A stretch of 63,806 nt of DNA, the filler included, from Blastocystis sp. subtype 4 (Eukaryota): the NCBI RefSeq assembly GCF_000743755.1. It is 3 parts of 3 records of this genome, joined end to end, with 100 filler letters (N's around TTAATTAATTAA, not from the genome) between each part and the next. Parts side by side here need not be neighbours in the genome. Positions count along the whole stretch, not along the records: positions 29,625 to 51,202 come from NW_014569361.1; positions 51,303 to 63,806 come from NW_014569254.1; 1 more part is not named here. One strand, given 5' to 3'. Position numbers and translations under genes: made by a program. Below, in pieces: positions 50,064-62,340 of the stretch. Within the stretch, counting starts at the first letter, position 1. Each line of letters starts with the position of its first letter. The notes below the pieces were generated by a model, which was not told the DNA's origin, searched no databases, and worked only from the letters and a program-made list of their open reading frames with translations.

Positions 50064-50897
50064 TTACTGGTGATCATCGTCTTTTTCAACAACATGAAGA
50101 ATGTGGTCAGGATATTTCATTGTTTCCCATAGTTTTGTGATGTTGCATGAATTGGGACGAATTCCATGAATTATGCAGTCCTTTCCTATTATATTCTGTT
50201 GCCCTTCTGTCAATGTGTACTTTTTGATAACTGCCGGTTGATAACAACGATATATTTTGACTAAGAATCCTTGCCGCTGACAATCATTCATTAAAGACAA
50301 GTTGCTTCTTTCATATAGAACATAATCGCCTTCAGTATTATTGAATAAGGTTGGTGTCACCTGAAATTATTGATTTGAATTGATTTGACTGAGATTGTGC
50401 CGTTTGTTGCATTAACAGGTCAATTCTTCCATATTCACTGAAAATACCCTATGTATTATGACGAATATAGATGATATTCCTCTTTCAAACTGTTTCGGAA
50501 CCTGTTTTCCAAATCATGAATGCTGAGATAAGGAATATACTATATGAGTACTATCAATATATCACACATGTTTAGTAAGACACGCTGAAACCTCTATTTC
50601 CAATGGTTCATTATTGACAGAATACAAGTCATACAATATACCAATAGGAATCTCCCAGTTTAAGGGAATGTTCATTGTAAGAAATTGAATTCCGTTCTCT
50701 TTGTATCGCTCCAAGGTATCTTTGAGAGCAATGGAGTCTTCCAGAAGGAGAGGAAGATAAGAAATTCTTCTTCCCATTACCTACTTAGAATTCAGTCATA
50801 ATAGTACATAGACTGTAGGCATGTCACATCCATGTAAACGAATGGGTACTAAACCATTCCATACCAACTTCTGAATGGATAATGGATCGAAATCCAT
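50064..50897 (-). CDS. ATG5: Autophagy protein ATG5-like (short, divergent)
   Basis: VWNGLVPI, RISYLP, PLNWEIPIGILYDL and FRNSLKE. Confidence 0.75.
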
Positions 50898-51075
50898 GAG
50901 AATGGAATATGCTTCGAGACTGACAAGAATCAAATCCTTCTCTATGGATACACTTGATAGTGCAGAAGTCGAATTTTGTGCTTTACTAAAGCTCCATAAC
51001 AGATCCATTAAGTAACTTAATGTCCACTCACCAATGAGACCTCCTACTCTAAACAAACATATAGCAAACCCAAAA

Positions 51076-51202
51076 TCAATCAATGTTAACAGTACGGGTA
51101 AGGTCAGGTCGTGCTGCTCGCCAAGCACACAACAATCGTTCAGGGAGTAGTTCCTCTTCCTTACATTCGATAACCAGCGCAAGATCGACAACAATCTTCT
51201 TG
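51076..51202 (-). CDS. 3' fragment of an EDR2_C (DUF1336)-domain protein, cut by gap
   Basis: KIVVDLALVIECKEEELLPERLLCAWR...TGA. Confidence 0.6.
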
Positions 51203-51302
51203 NNNNNNNNNNNNNNNNNNNNNNNNNNNNNNNNNNNNNNNNNNNNTTAATTAATTAANNNNNNNNNNNNNNNNNNNNNNNNNNNNNNNNNNNNNNNNNN
51301 NN
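51203..51302. other. Assembly gap with TTAATTAATTAA linker
   Basis: N-run with the linker at 51247-51258. Confidence 0.97.
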
Positions 51303-52192
51303 AGGACTTCATGGTTACCATAGTCACCACCCTCATTGAAGTGACGGAGCTTCTTGCTGAAACCACCATTAGGACTAGACAGCTTGAAGGGCCACAGGAA
51401 GTTAGCACACTCCTTGAAGTGAGGTCCGACAGTGTAGATCTCATGAATCAAATCCTCCACTCCCATAATTCCGAACTTGCCCAGAACCTTCTCCACCTGC
51501 TCGTTCTGCATCAAAGGAACACGCTGCTTGTTCAGCTTCGCGAATCCACGCTTGTACACCAGCATACGCACAGTCTTCAGATTAGGATAACCATAGGCAA
51601 TGTAAGGCTCCACCAGACGAAGCATCTCCTCAGTAGCCTTGTTCAGACGCACAAATACAGCATTGTGGATCTGACGCAGACGAAGAAGCTGGAGAGTCTT
51701 TCTCACCTTAGGAGAAGTCTGGTTAATACCACGAATACGCACAACAATAGCCAGAAGACGACCCTCACCCTCAGCGAACAGATGACCCTTATTGTGGGCC
51801 TCTCTTCTCTTGGCAATCAGATCCGACTCCAACTACAACTCATTTCATTCATCCACAAATCACCTGAGCATACTCCTTCTCATACATCTCACTGCGCTTC
51901 ACCATCTCAGCACGCTTGGTCTTATCAGCAGCCACAATATCAGCAGCAAGCTTCTCAGCGGCAGCCTTCAACTCAGCATCACGACGCTGCTTCAGAATAA
52001 CAGACTGGGGACTACCAAAACGTAAGAACAGTTCTCAATCCAATTTGGATCAGCGGAACATGCCTTCAAAGAAATCAGAATACTCTGAGATCTCAATTCC
52101 TCTCAAAGGACTAGACACTGTCTATCCAGATGAAAGATTAATCAATAGAATCCGTGACTTCAGTAGATCATAACCATCACCTACACAGGCAT
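51303..52192 (-). CDS. RPL7: 60S ribosomal protein L7 (uL30), 3' end cut by gap
   Basis: [29 protein letters not shown] and NFLWPFKL. The start MPVPQSVILK is inferred via a 173-nt first intron. Confidence 0.92.
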
Positions 52193-52542
52193 AATGAATG
52201 GACAGGTAACAATCTATTGACCAAAACGATAAATAGGCCAAGGGGGAAGGTCTGTATTTATTGTCTGCTTTATGATAATTACCCCATATGCTTTGAAAAG
52301 ACAGCGGAGAAATGGTAATTAGAACCAGGGAAGATGGAGAAAGAATATAGAACACGAATTGGATACAAATTAGGTATGGAGTTAGTAGCAATCGTATTTG
52401 TCTGAACTTCTTCGAAACGATATGGATACTCTTACTAAGTTCAAAAAGGACACTAAATAGCATAATTACCATTGTGTTCGGGGTTTTTGTTAGTTGGTTT
52501 GTTCAACAAATAGTCATTCAATTCCTTTAAAGGGAGAGGAAA

Positions 52543-55456
52543 ATGGTTGGAAGCAGCAAGCAAAAGAAGATGGCCAAAAAGGTTTGTGATTTACAGTGTT
52601 GATGATGTGGTAGATGCGCACTGGGATGAAAGCTTCAGCCAGTGATATTCGAACGAGGTAGGAAATGCGTCAATATAATTATTTCTAGAGTCCAATCGAA
52701 TCCCTTTGAAGTCCGAAAGAACAAAACTCCTCATGCCGAGTACATTTGCATATTGTCGAAAGTAATGTGTAGAGTCATTGGACGTAGTGTGAAGGGAAAC
52801 AATAGGAACATAATCGTGTCAAACGAGAAAGTTGAAGCATTTTTTCAGTCTAACCTTTAGGCATTAACTCAGAGGCAGAGAGCGGTTGGGGAGGACTATG
52901 AAAAGATAAACAAGAAGAACATCTTCAAAGATCGGTTTGTATACGTATTGATTCTGATTTATAGTCGTTTTGGAGCAGCTGATACATTGAATGCAGTTAC
53001 TGAGGAAGAGAAGATGCTGAAGAAGTTGGAGATTCAACGTAAGAAGCAACTGAAGAAGCAGCGATTTGCTCTTGCTGATGACAATGAAGAGGATATGCTC
53101 ACTCATGGAGGAGAGGCTTTGGATGGTACGAGTGAATGAGGAGAGTTATGAACAGTTACACAAGCATTCAATGATCTTCATGAAGCTTTGGATGATGAAG
53201 ATTTGGGTGAATTGGATACAGATTTGTTAATGCGAACGAATCTTCGCAAAGAGGGAGCTCAATCAGGAGATCGGGATAAACCGAAGACACAACGAGAGAT
53301 CATGATGGAAATTATAGAGAAGAGCAAGAGCTATCGGGATGAGAGACGTCGAAAGACGGAAGCATTGGCACAGGAGATTGATGCAGTGGATGCAATGATG
53401 GAGGATGTACAGTCACTCTTGCAGTATCGTAAAGTAATGAATGTAGTGATGTGTAATGAGTAGGATGAGAAGGTGAAACCAGTGGAGATTAAACAGAGTG
53501 AAGCTGATGTGGGTAAGAATGATATGAGGAGTGGACAATAGAGTTTGATAAGTTGGCAAGTCAAATGATGCAGGAGATGAAGGGAAAGGCTACGGATCGA
53601 CAGAAGACACAAGAAGAGAGTAAGAATAAGAGGAAAGAATGAGCAATAGTTGATCAAGAAGAGTTGGAGAAGCTGGAGAAGCTTGAGAAGGAACGAGAGA
53701 ATAGAATGCATGGTGTGTTGGAGCCAACACAACGAGAGACAGGAGATCTACAAGATAATGAAGTGATAGTAGTCCTGTTCGGTTTGTATGAAGAATAGAA
53801 ACAGCGATCTGATCTGGATACTGCTATGGATCTGATTGATGAAGAGAAATCTTTAGAAACAGAACAGAACGCTGATGAAGATGAAGATTATGAACTACTA
53901 TTTGGTCATAAGCGTCAGACACCAGCAGAACGAGAACCTGAAAAGCCAAGTAAGATGAGTCGCAAAGCGATCCGAGTGATGATTTGGAAAAAGGGATGAA
54001 ACGTAGATAGCAGTGAAAAAGGAGAAAGAGGAACGTGCTGCAATGATGGAACAAGCTAAGAAGGAGATTCCGTATGTTATCGAGATTCCCCGCGGGTATG
54101 TAGTGAATCTGGTATTTTCAAGAATAGAGTAGCAGAACTCTGTGAACTGTTGAACCAGTATGTAGAAGTGGATGATAGTGTAAATCTTCTTCTAACGCGA
54201 ATCATCAAAACCAATAATCCAAATGTGGCAAAGGACAAGAAGAATGAGTTTATTAATGTAGGCTTGTTGTAGTTCATGAAGTTTAGTTCTATCGCAATGT
54301 AATTGCTTTGATCGAGCAATATTACCAACAAAACAGTATCAGTTTATATGTGTTGGATTCGATTCAAAATTGCCTGATTTCCATGCAAAACTACATCCCA
54401 GGAAATGTAGCTTCAATCTGGAGTGATATCTTAACTCGAGTGAAAACACGAGTATTAGGAGTAGAATCTGGTCTATTCAAATTAGTTGTAGACGAAAACA
54501 TTCCCGCGGTTTTCTGATATATTGTTACTTCAAATGGCTTTGAATGTCTATTCAATTACTGATTATCGCCATAATATTGTGAATCCCGCAATTCTCCTTT
54601 TAGCACGGATTGCCTTGGAATGTCGTCTTCAATCAAATGAAGAGTATCTTCAAAGTGCCTATCTTGTGAGTATTTTGGAAGATTATTCGCTTCAAAGCAA
54701 ACGTGTGGTTCCTGAGATGTATTCTTTGTTAACGCGTCTTTGTGATTTTATGTTGATACTCACTGTTGTATTTATTAGTAGATTACGGAACGATGAAGAA
54801 GGAAGGTGGAAAGGAACCGGAAATGATCCTGTAAGAAAGAGAAGAAGGAATCAAAAATAGATTCAATTTAGTCAGATCTGTGAAGAAGAGAGTAATCCAG
54901 TGTCTATAGAACAGATACAAATGTTGGTCTTGCAATTAGTGGAAATTGCAGCGACATTGAATGTTTCAAATCCTGCTGCAAGTGTATATTTGAAGGAATT
55001 GAGCCCAGTTGTTCAGAATCTACGAACTGGAAATAAGGATATTCAAGCCAAAGCAAAAAGTGTTCGAAGTAGGGTGAATAGGGCACTTTTCACATAGAAT
55101 CATTTACAAATATACTTGAAGAATCTCTCAATAGTCGAAAACATCTAGATCTCCAAGATGAAGTATTGAAACCAGTGTTTGTGTCATATGCACCTGCGTA
55201 TGAAGCCGAATTCACACCTGGAAAAGCACTTCATCCCAACAAGGAACACATTCGTTCAAGAGAACTACGGAACCAGGTGAAACGAGAACAGCGGGGTGTG
55301 GAGCGGGAGATTCGTCGTGAAGCAGAAGTAATTAGTTCGGTAGGAGGTAGAAAGAAGATATGAATTAGATTCGCGAAGGAGAAAGACGAGAAGTGGAAGA
55401 GCAACAGCGAAGAAAGTTGAAAGAAGTGATGGGATGGTTGGAAGAGAATAAGAAAT
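52543..55456 (+). CDS. NOP14: Nucleolar protein 14; stop completed by poly(A)
   Basis: SNPFEVR, LTHGG, KTQREIMMEIIEKSK, TDYRHNIVNPA and KREQRGVEREIRRE. Confidence 0.88.
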
Positions 55457-55478
55457 ACAGTGTTTGTTGAAAGAAAAA

Positions 55479-55550
55479 TGCGTCAACCGGGAATTGAACC
55501 CGGACCTCTACCTTGGAAGGGTAGAATCCTAACCATTAGACCATTGACGC
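55479..55550 (-). tRNA. tRNA-Gly(TCC)
   Basis: Acceptor stem GCGTCAA/TTGACGC, anticodon arm CTACC-CTTCCAA-GGTAG and T-arm GGTTCAATTCC. Confidence 0.95.
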
Positions 55551-55625
55551 TTCAGATATGGATGTCCACGTGCCATACAAAAGGAGTTTGATGCACATGG
55601 AATGAGGGAACTAAACAAAAACGAA

Positions 55626-57141
55626 ATGAAGTTCTTTGATATGCTCGAGGCTCGAATTGAGAAGAGCCATTCTCTCCTTTGTGTTGGTCTAGATCCTCAT
55701 GGTGTTGAGTTGGCGGAACATACACCAGAGGGATTAAAAGCTTTTTGCTCTCGTCTCATTGAAGCTACGAAGGATGTTGCCTGCTGTTACAAACCCAATT
55801 CTGCTTTCTTTGAAGCCATCCCAGGAGGAGTCGAAGCTCTTGCCGAAGTTGTTCGTTGATATATTGAAGTCAACTGTAGATTGTTAAGACGATTCCCGAG
55901 GACATTCCTGTGCTTCTTGATGTGAAACGTGGCGATATTTCTACAACTGCACAGGCCTATGCAACTGCTGCTAAGCAAGTAGGCGCTCATGGAGTGACAT
56001 TGAATGCTTACATGGGATATGATGCAATCAAACCTTTCCTTGAGGAAGATTGGGGTGGTTGTTTCATTTTGTGCAAGACATCGAATCCCACTTCCAACGA
56101 GTTCCAAATCTTGCGCACTCGTGATACTGATGGTGAAGAGCGATTCTTGTATGAAATCTTCGCAAGAAAGGCTGCTGAATGGGGAACAGGAGTTGTCGTG
56201 GGAGCTACTGACGGAGTCGTAGGACTAGATAACGGTATTGAGAATAGGCACTTCGTAATGTGCGTGCACTGTGTCCTTCCATTTGGATTCTTGCTCCTGG
56301 AGTTGGTGCTCAAGGAGGTGATTTGGATGATGTGATTCGAGCCGCAATTCGTGATGATGGAAAGGGTATTGTGGTACCAATTTCCCGCGGTATTTCTAGA
56401 GCTGAAGATCCTCGTAAGGCTGCTATTGAGTATCGCGATCAGATAAATGACGCAATTGCTCGAGTACTGGCAGAACGTAAACAGAATGAGACCTCTCTGA
56501 GCAATATTCAAGTTTCATTCATTGAAGCTGCAATCCGAGCAAATGTTTTACGTTTTGGAGAGTTCAAATTGAAAAGTGGCAGATTATCGCCCTATTTCTT
56601 CAATATGGGTAATTTCAAAACTGGACTTGATTTGCATGAGGTAGCTGCTTGTTATGCTCAAACGATTCTTGCTTCAGATTTGCAGTTTGATGTACTCTTT
56701 GGGCCTGCTTATAAGGGAATCCCTCTTGCTGCTACTGTGGCTGCAGAATTGGCAGTACGAGGTCGTAATGTGGAATTTGCGTATAACCGTAAGGAAGCAA
56801 AGGATCATGGTGAAGGAGGTTGTATTGTGGGAAGTGCATTGAAGGATAAACGTGTGTTGGTGATTGATGATGTGATTACAGCAGGCACAGCTACGCGTGA
56901 ATCTGTTTCAATCATCAATGCTGAAGGTGGTCAGGTTGTTGGTTTAATCATTGCATTGGATCGTCAGGAGAAGGGAAATGAGGGTAATTTGTCGGCTGTT
57001 CAGCAGATTGAGAAGGATTTCAGTTTCCCTGTTGTGAGTATTGTGAATCTGAATGCTTTGGTTGATTATCTGAACAGAGGTGGCGAGTTAAGCAACTATC
57101 TCGATGCAATTAAGAAGTATCGAGAAATGTATGGAGCGTAG
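55626..57141 (+). CDS. Bifunctional UMP synthase in reversed order (OMP decarboxylase then orotate PRTase)
   Basis: OMPDC motifs LCVGLDP, YKPNSAFF and DVKRGDI are followed by OPRT motifs FKLKSGRLSPYFFN, FGPAYKGI and VIDDVITAG. Confidence 0.93.
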
Positions 57142-57195
57142 TTCCCTTTTATTTGTTTGTTTAGAGAGATTGTTAGGATTGATAACAAATATGAA

Positions 57196-58666
57196 AATGA
57201 TAAGGAGTAAGCGGATTTGGTAACACCGAGAGCGATACATGAGCGAGTGTCTTGTAGGATGGTGCTTGAAGTCGATTCTGGAAGATACGTTGATTGTTAC
57301 GCAATTGGGTATTCGCAGGATACCTCTGTAGGCATTTTTCGGTAGCTTCTAGTCCAATGTCTGTATGCTCCTTTAAGTGAGTGCAAATATGTGAGAGAAG
57401 TTCAGGAATACTATCCATCAATAGAGACCAAAAGCTTTACTAGAAACTGTAGATATCAGGATTGATAAACAGACGTACCTGGGTTGGAAAAGGGATTTGA
57501 TACGCTCTAGATGCAAAGAGAAAGGCTACTTCATATTGCTTCTCATCATACCAATGTTTGGCTATGCGATAGAGCGATTCAGCACGTTTGGGAAAGAATT
57601 CAAAGGCTTGCAAATGTTTCTCTTCTGCCATCCCCCATGCATAACCCATTCGCTCCATAAGTCCTGCCATCCGAGATAGAGCTTCATATCGTTCCTCAAT
57701 CCATCCTCCCATTTCAAAACGCAGGTGATAGTACTTGTAAGCATTAACAAGATCATCCAGACAATCGAAAGACTAAATCAAACAGAAGTATTCTCTCTTA
57801 CTTGAGCTAAATAGAACACAGTTCGAGTATTCGTGGGATCCTTCTCAAGGTCAGCAAGGAGAAGGTCTCGATCCAGTTGCCATCGCTTCCGTTTGGATGT
57901 GAGATTGCTAGATAGAAGGAAAAAAAGAGTAGTACAAGGTAGAGAGATCATGGAGAATGAAGGGATCCTTGTCATTGTTGAATGGATAGATAACTGTTCG
58001 TGTTCCAGGTGTTTTAGACATAACATATCTATGACTGATCATCACTCAGAGGATTGACTCATGGGTAACACCAACATAGGTCCACTGATAGTCTGTATTG
58101 CAGATTCGTATACTGTTATATGCAGTTTGACCATATTTCACTTTCACTTCCAAACCACCAATCGGATTCTTTAGGTTCTTCAGATAGTCGACAATTCTGG
58201 TGTTAAGACATTAGCAAAGAAAAAGGGTAGGATATTTGTCTCCATTGTGGAGATATTCATCCCCACTGAGCATTAGAGTATACTGACATTCCTTTCCAGC
58301 CAGTTCTAGGACACGATTCCTAGTTGTTGAAAAATCCACAAAGGGTTCTTGATACACCTAGAGTGAATCACGTTTGCAAGGCCCACTTTTCCTGGAATAC
58401 CTTGGAAAGCGCGTTGAATCAGGTTGATGGTATCATCCTTGGATCCTGTATCCAGGATACAGTATCTATCAACAGATCCCTTGACACTATTAATAGTTCC
58501 AGTAATCGAAGCAGCCTCATCTTTGACAATCATAACTAACTCGAGAAGACATTGTTGTCTATGTGAGATTATGGAATCTGACCTACTGATGGGATTGAAC
58601 GACCAACTATGAATTAGAAGAGAATAGAAACAGCACTAAAACCACTAGCAAGAGGAAAAGAGACAT
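57196..58666 (-). CDS. Family-2 glycosyltransferase with TPR repeats and N-terminal hydrophobic segment
   Basis: MIVKDE...ILDTGSKDDT, YVGVTHE, RTVFYLAQ, GGWIEERY and PKRAESLY. Confidence 0.75.
58197..58235 (-). other. U12-type AT-AG intron (39 nt)
   Basis: Minus strand ATATCCTA...GTCTTAAC-ACCAG; removal keeps the frame (GDKIVDYLK). Confidence 0.7.
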
Positions 58667-58827
58667 GGAAAACTGGGACGAAGAAATTGACAACAAACAC
58701 AATGTAAAAATGCGCATTCCACAAATTAAACAACAACATCGTCATCATCTTCAATCACGTAATCCATCAGAATGTTGTCGCGATTCTCATTATCCTCCTC
58801 GCATTCCTCGAACTCCTCTTCTATCTA

Positions 58828-59631
58828 TTAATATTCAACTGCAGTCTCACCTCCAGTCACCGCCTTCTCAGCGCTCTCCTTCTTCTTCTTAACTTGAAGG
58901 ACCTTCTTTAATCTGAACGTGTCTTCTCTCTCCAACTCGTCCAGCTCTGTTTCGATATAAGCGATGGTTTGCAGAATTCCAGGGATGACAACATTATCCA
59001 AAGCATTCACTCGACGATTCGTGACCTTGATAGCCTCATCGAGAGATAAGAAGGATGTCTGAAGAGACGACAAACGGATGATCACCTGAAGAAGATCTGC
59101 CCACATCTTTCGACATTTCTCTATCTGCTGACCACCACGAGCAAGTGTGAGTTCATCGCTGACTACATCGCGATGCTTGGATTTGAAAATTGGTAACTTT
59201 ACACCAGCTACATTATCGATGTGAACCTCCACCACTTCAGAGGCCTGATTGACATTGTCTCGGACCTTACGCCTAATCCCATCATTCCAAGACACTAAAT
59301 CCTACGCAACGTCTCCAGCAGCCCACTTGGCTTCAGCCATGGCAATTGAAGCCTCTTTCATCATTTCAGCAACTTCTCGTTTTGTCTAATGAATTAGAGG
59401 CTACAAAACACATTGTACCTCCATAATCTCCTTCAGAAGCTTTCTGAAACGAACAGTAAGGGCATCCGACTTCTTCTTTAGTAATTCGTAACCTAATTAT
59501 CACAACCATTGGATTGAGAAAGACCTTTTTTTGCAGAAACAGCCTTTGTCTTAAAGGCCTGCAAAACCCTAGAGATCATAATACCTACAACATCTCTACA
59601 TTCGAGTAGGAAGCGCCTTTTGGTCAGACAT
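58828..59631 (-). CDS. ATP6V1D: V-type ATPase subunit D
   Basis: PTRM, LLKKKSDAL, DNVAGVKLP, TNRRVNALDNV and ELDELERED. Confidence 0.95.
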
Positions 59632-59943
59632 CTTGTATCAGCTTCAAATGAGTCGAAATGTGGAACTTTCCCCTTTTGGGAGTTTCATCTATGGGTTATT
59701 TCGCGGATTCCTGACTAACTCATTGAATAGACAGTGTCATTCGAGTGAGTGATGGAGAAAAATGGGTCTGGAAAGAATAAATGAATAGATACCTTTGATC
59801 TACTTTGTAAATACCCAATTGTTGGACATAGGCTAGGTTCTATTTCAATTCTTTCACTATTGGAGATAATAACGAATAGAGAAGACACCTTGCTGATATC
59901 TAGGAATTCCCCTTTTTCTCGTCTCATTTCTTTTATCAAAAAG

Positions 59944-61632
59944 ATGGCAATAGTACTTCGGAGAGGATGGATCGTGATATCTGTAATATTGATATTATGT
60001 TTTATTCTTGTCTCTCAACTCTTTGTTTCATCTAGACTTGATATGTCCCTTTTTTCTCAAATCGTTTGTATATTATAAGGTTGTGACATATAGGCAGGAA
60101 GTGCTCAATATGAGAGTTCAGATCTGAATCCAGAACAAATTGCCATTGTTTGTATGTATTATATAGTATCATTATTAGACTGTACCCAAAAGAATGGGCC
60201 TGCGAACTGTATCGTTATTCTTGGAGATAGCTGATTTGTAGAGTGTTCCTAGCAGTTTAAATCCTGCCTCCTTTTCAGATAGTGATTTTTTATCTGCCTG
60301 TGGTATTTCTGAAGTCAGCCAACAGGAGTGTCAGGAGAAACCTTATTCTAATGTCTTTTTATCCTCTCCAGCTCACAGAAAGCATATTAGTCCAAAGGAA
60401 ACCATTCTAGCCTCTGATAATGGAAGTGGAAAGTGGTTGATTGGTGGTCATAAGACTGCATTAGTGATTTTGACCTATAATCGTGCACAATATTTACTGG
60501 AGACGGCAAACCGTATTTTGGAAGTATTATCGTCTGCATCAACCAATTACCTCGTCGATGTCTTTATTGCTATTGATGGAGATGATACTGTGACCAAGAA
60601 TATGGCTACATCCATCCAGTCTCGGTTTCTCGATTCCCTTCCTGATTGCCCAGTTGAATTGATTGAACACAAACGCACTGTGGTTGAGGGTGATACTGGA
60701 TACAATTATGTTGCTCGGAATATGAAGAATGCATTTGATACGGTCTTAGTAACAAACAAATATGATCAAGCTATCATTCTGGATGTGAGTCCTTCAGAAT
60801 CATGTGAGATGTAGGATGACATGTTCATTGCCGAGGACTTTTTCGATTACTTCAGTGCAATGTCTTTTATTTTATATGAAGATCCTTCTGTGTATGCCAT
60901 TAGCGCGTATAATGACAATGGTCAAGACTCCTTCATTCTTGACAACAGTATTCCTTCTTTCTTATCTTCACTGTAGCATTGGTACTTCGTAGCGACTTCT
61001 TTACAGGAGGTGCATGGATGCTTACAAGTACGGAGTGGAATGCAATTAGGAATGAATGGCCTGATGGCTATTGGAATGATTGGATGCACCAGAGTAATCT
61101 CTTTCTTCATCGTGCATGTATTCGTCCAGAAGTATCTCGTGTGATCACCTTTGGTGTGAGTGGAATCAATTCTCATCCGTATTTCTTTGATCCACCTTTA
61201 ATGAATAGGTTCTTTCTAAAGGAGCAACTGGGTATTAGTTTGAATAGACGAAGAGTTGATTTTCTGAAGTATGATTTTGCGTATCTTTTGAAGGTGCAAA
61301 TAAAGATTTATATTCACAGATAGGATGAATTTGATCTAATCTGGAGAAATGCAATTGAAGAAGCAGTAGAACTCGACTCTTTAGATGATCTTATTTCAGC
61401 CCCTCTAAATCGGCAGCTTAAGATTTACTATTCGTACTGCAATAGTTTTCATATAAAGAATAGAAAGAAACCGGGTCTTCAGAGTTTTCGGTCCATTGCC
61501 GACAAGATGGGGATTATGGGTGATGTATTGGGTGGTATTCCTCGAACAGCCTACATGGGCGTAGTAACAGTTGGTTATAAAGGATTTCGGTTGTATCTTG
61601 TGCCAAGAGAAGGTCTTTCTTTTGACTACTAG
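59944..61632 (+). CDS. MGAT1: GT13 N-acetylglucosaminyltransferase I-like type II membrane protein
   Basis: TYNRAQYL, ILDDD...DFFDYF, SAYNDNG, RSDFFTGGAWML and RACIRPEVSR. Confidence 0.8.
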
Positions 61633-62340
61633 CGTGTGTGTGTCAATGCTTAGTGATACTGATTGTTAACAAACTCATGGAAATATAACTAAAGGGAGTT
61701 AGAATAATGTCCATGCACTAACAAGTGAATCATCGATAAACCAATGAACACCAAGAGCACATTCCTTCTTTCTCCATCTACTATCACACCAACGCCACGT
61801 TTCCGACGTTATTGCGCTAAAAAATGGAAAAATCCCATTCATTTCAATACATACCCTACTATCCTACTGGTTCAAAAAGAAAAGAATGAATAAGGCATGC
61901 CATTGTAAAAGTGTAAAAAAGGTACCTATTTTTTCACTGCAGAAATGTACATACTGCTCTAGAAGGTTGATTGATGTGATAATAATAGTTGTCAAACTAA
62001 CTGCAGCAGTGACGTTTTGGTCATGAGAAGAACTAGTCCTGAGTGAGAAGATGGTGATAGTGAAAGCATATAAAGACTGTTCCATCGAACTGGAGTAACA
62101 CTGCTACCCACATCACAAGCAACACAGTGACCTATATCCAAATGAATGTTGGTATTATGATTGTTATCAGCTTGAGTCCATGATTCCATATATTACCGAT
62201 ATGAGCCAGTTGTCATTGATAACATATGTGATGACATTAGTGGATTTGAGTTGTATATGCAGTTGACTAGTATTATGAAGAAATGAGTTTGGCGATTTCA
62301 AGGGGATTTTATGACAATATGCTAGAATATTGTAATGAAA

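Noticed and set aside
51311..52000. 229-aa ORF antisense to RPL7
   Set aside because: It is the typical open antisense frame produced by biased codon usage.
61670..62330. Short minus-strand hydrophobic ORFs
   Set aside because: I could not assemble a consistent spliced frame or recognise a motif.
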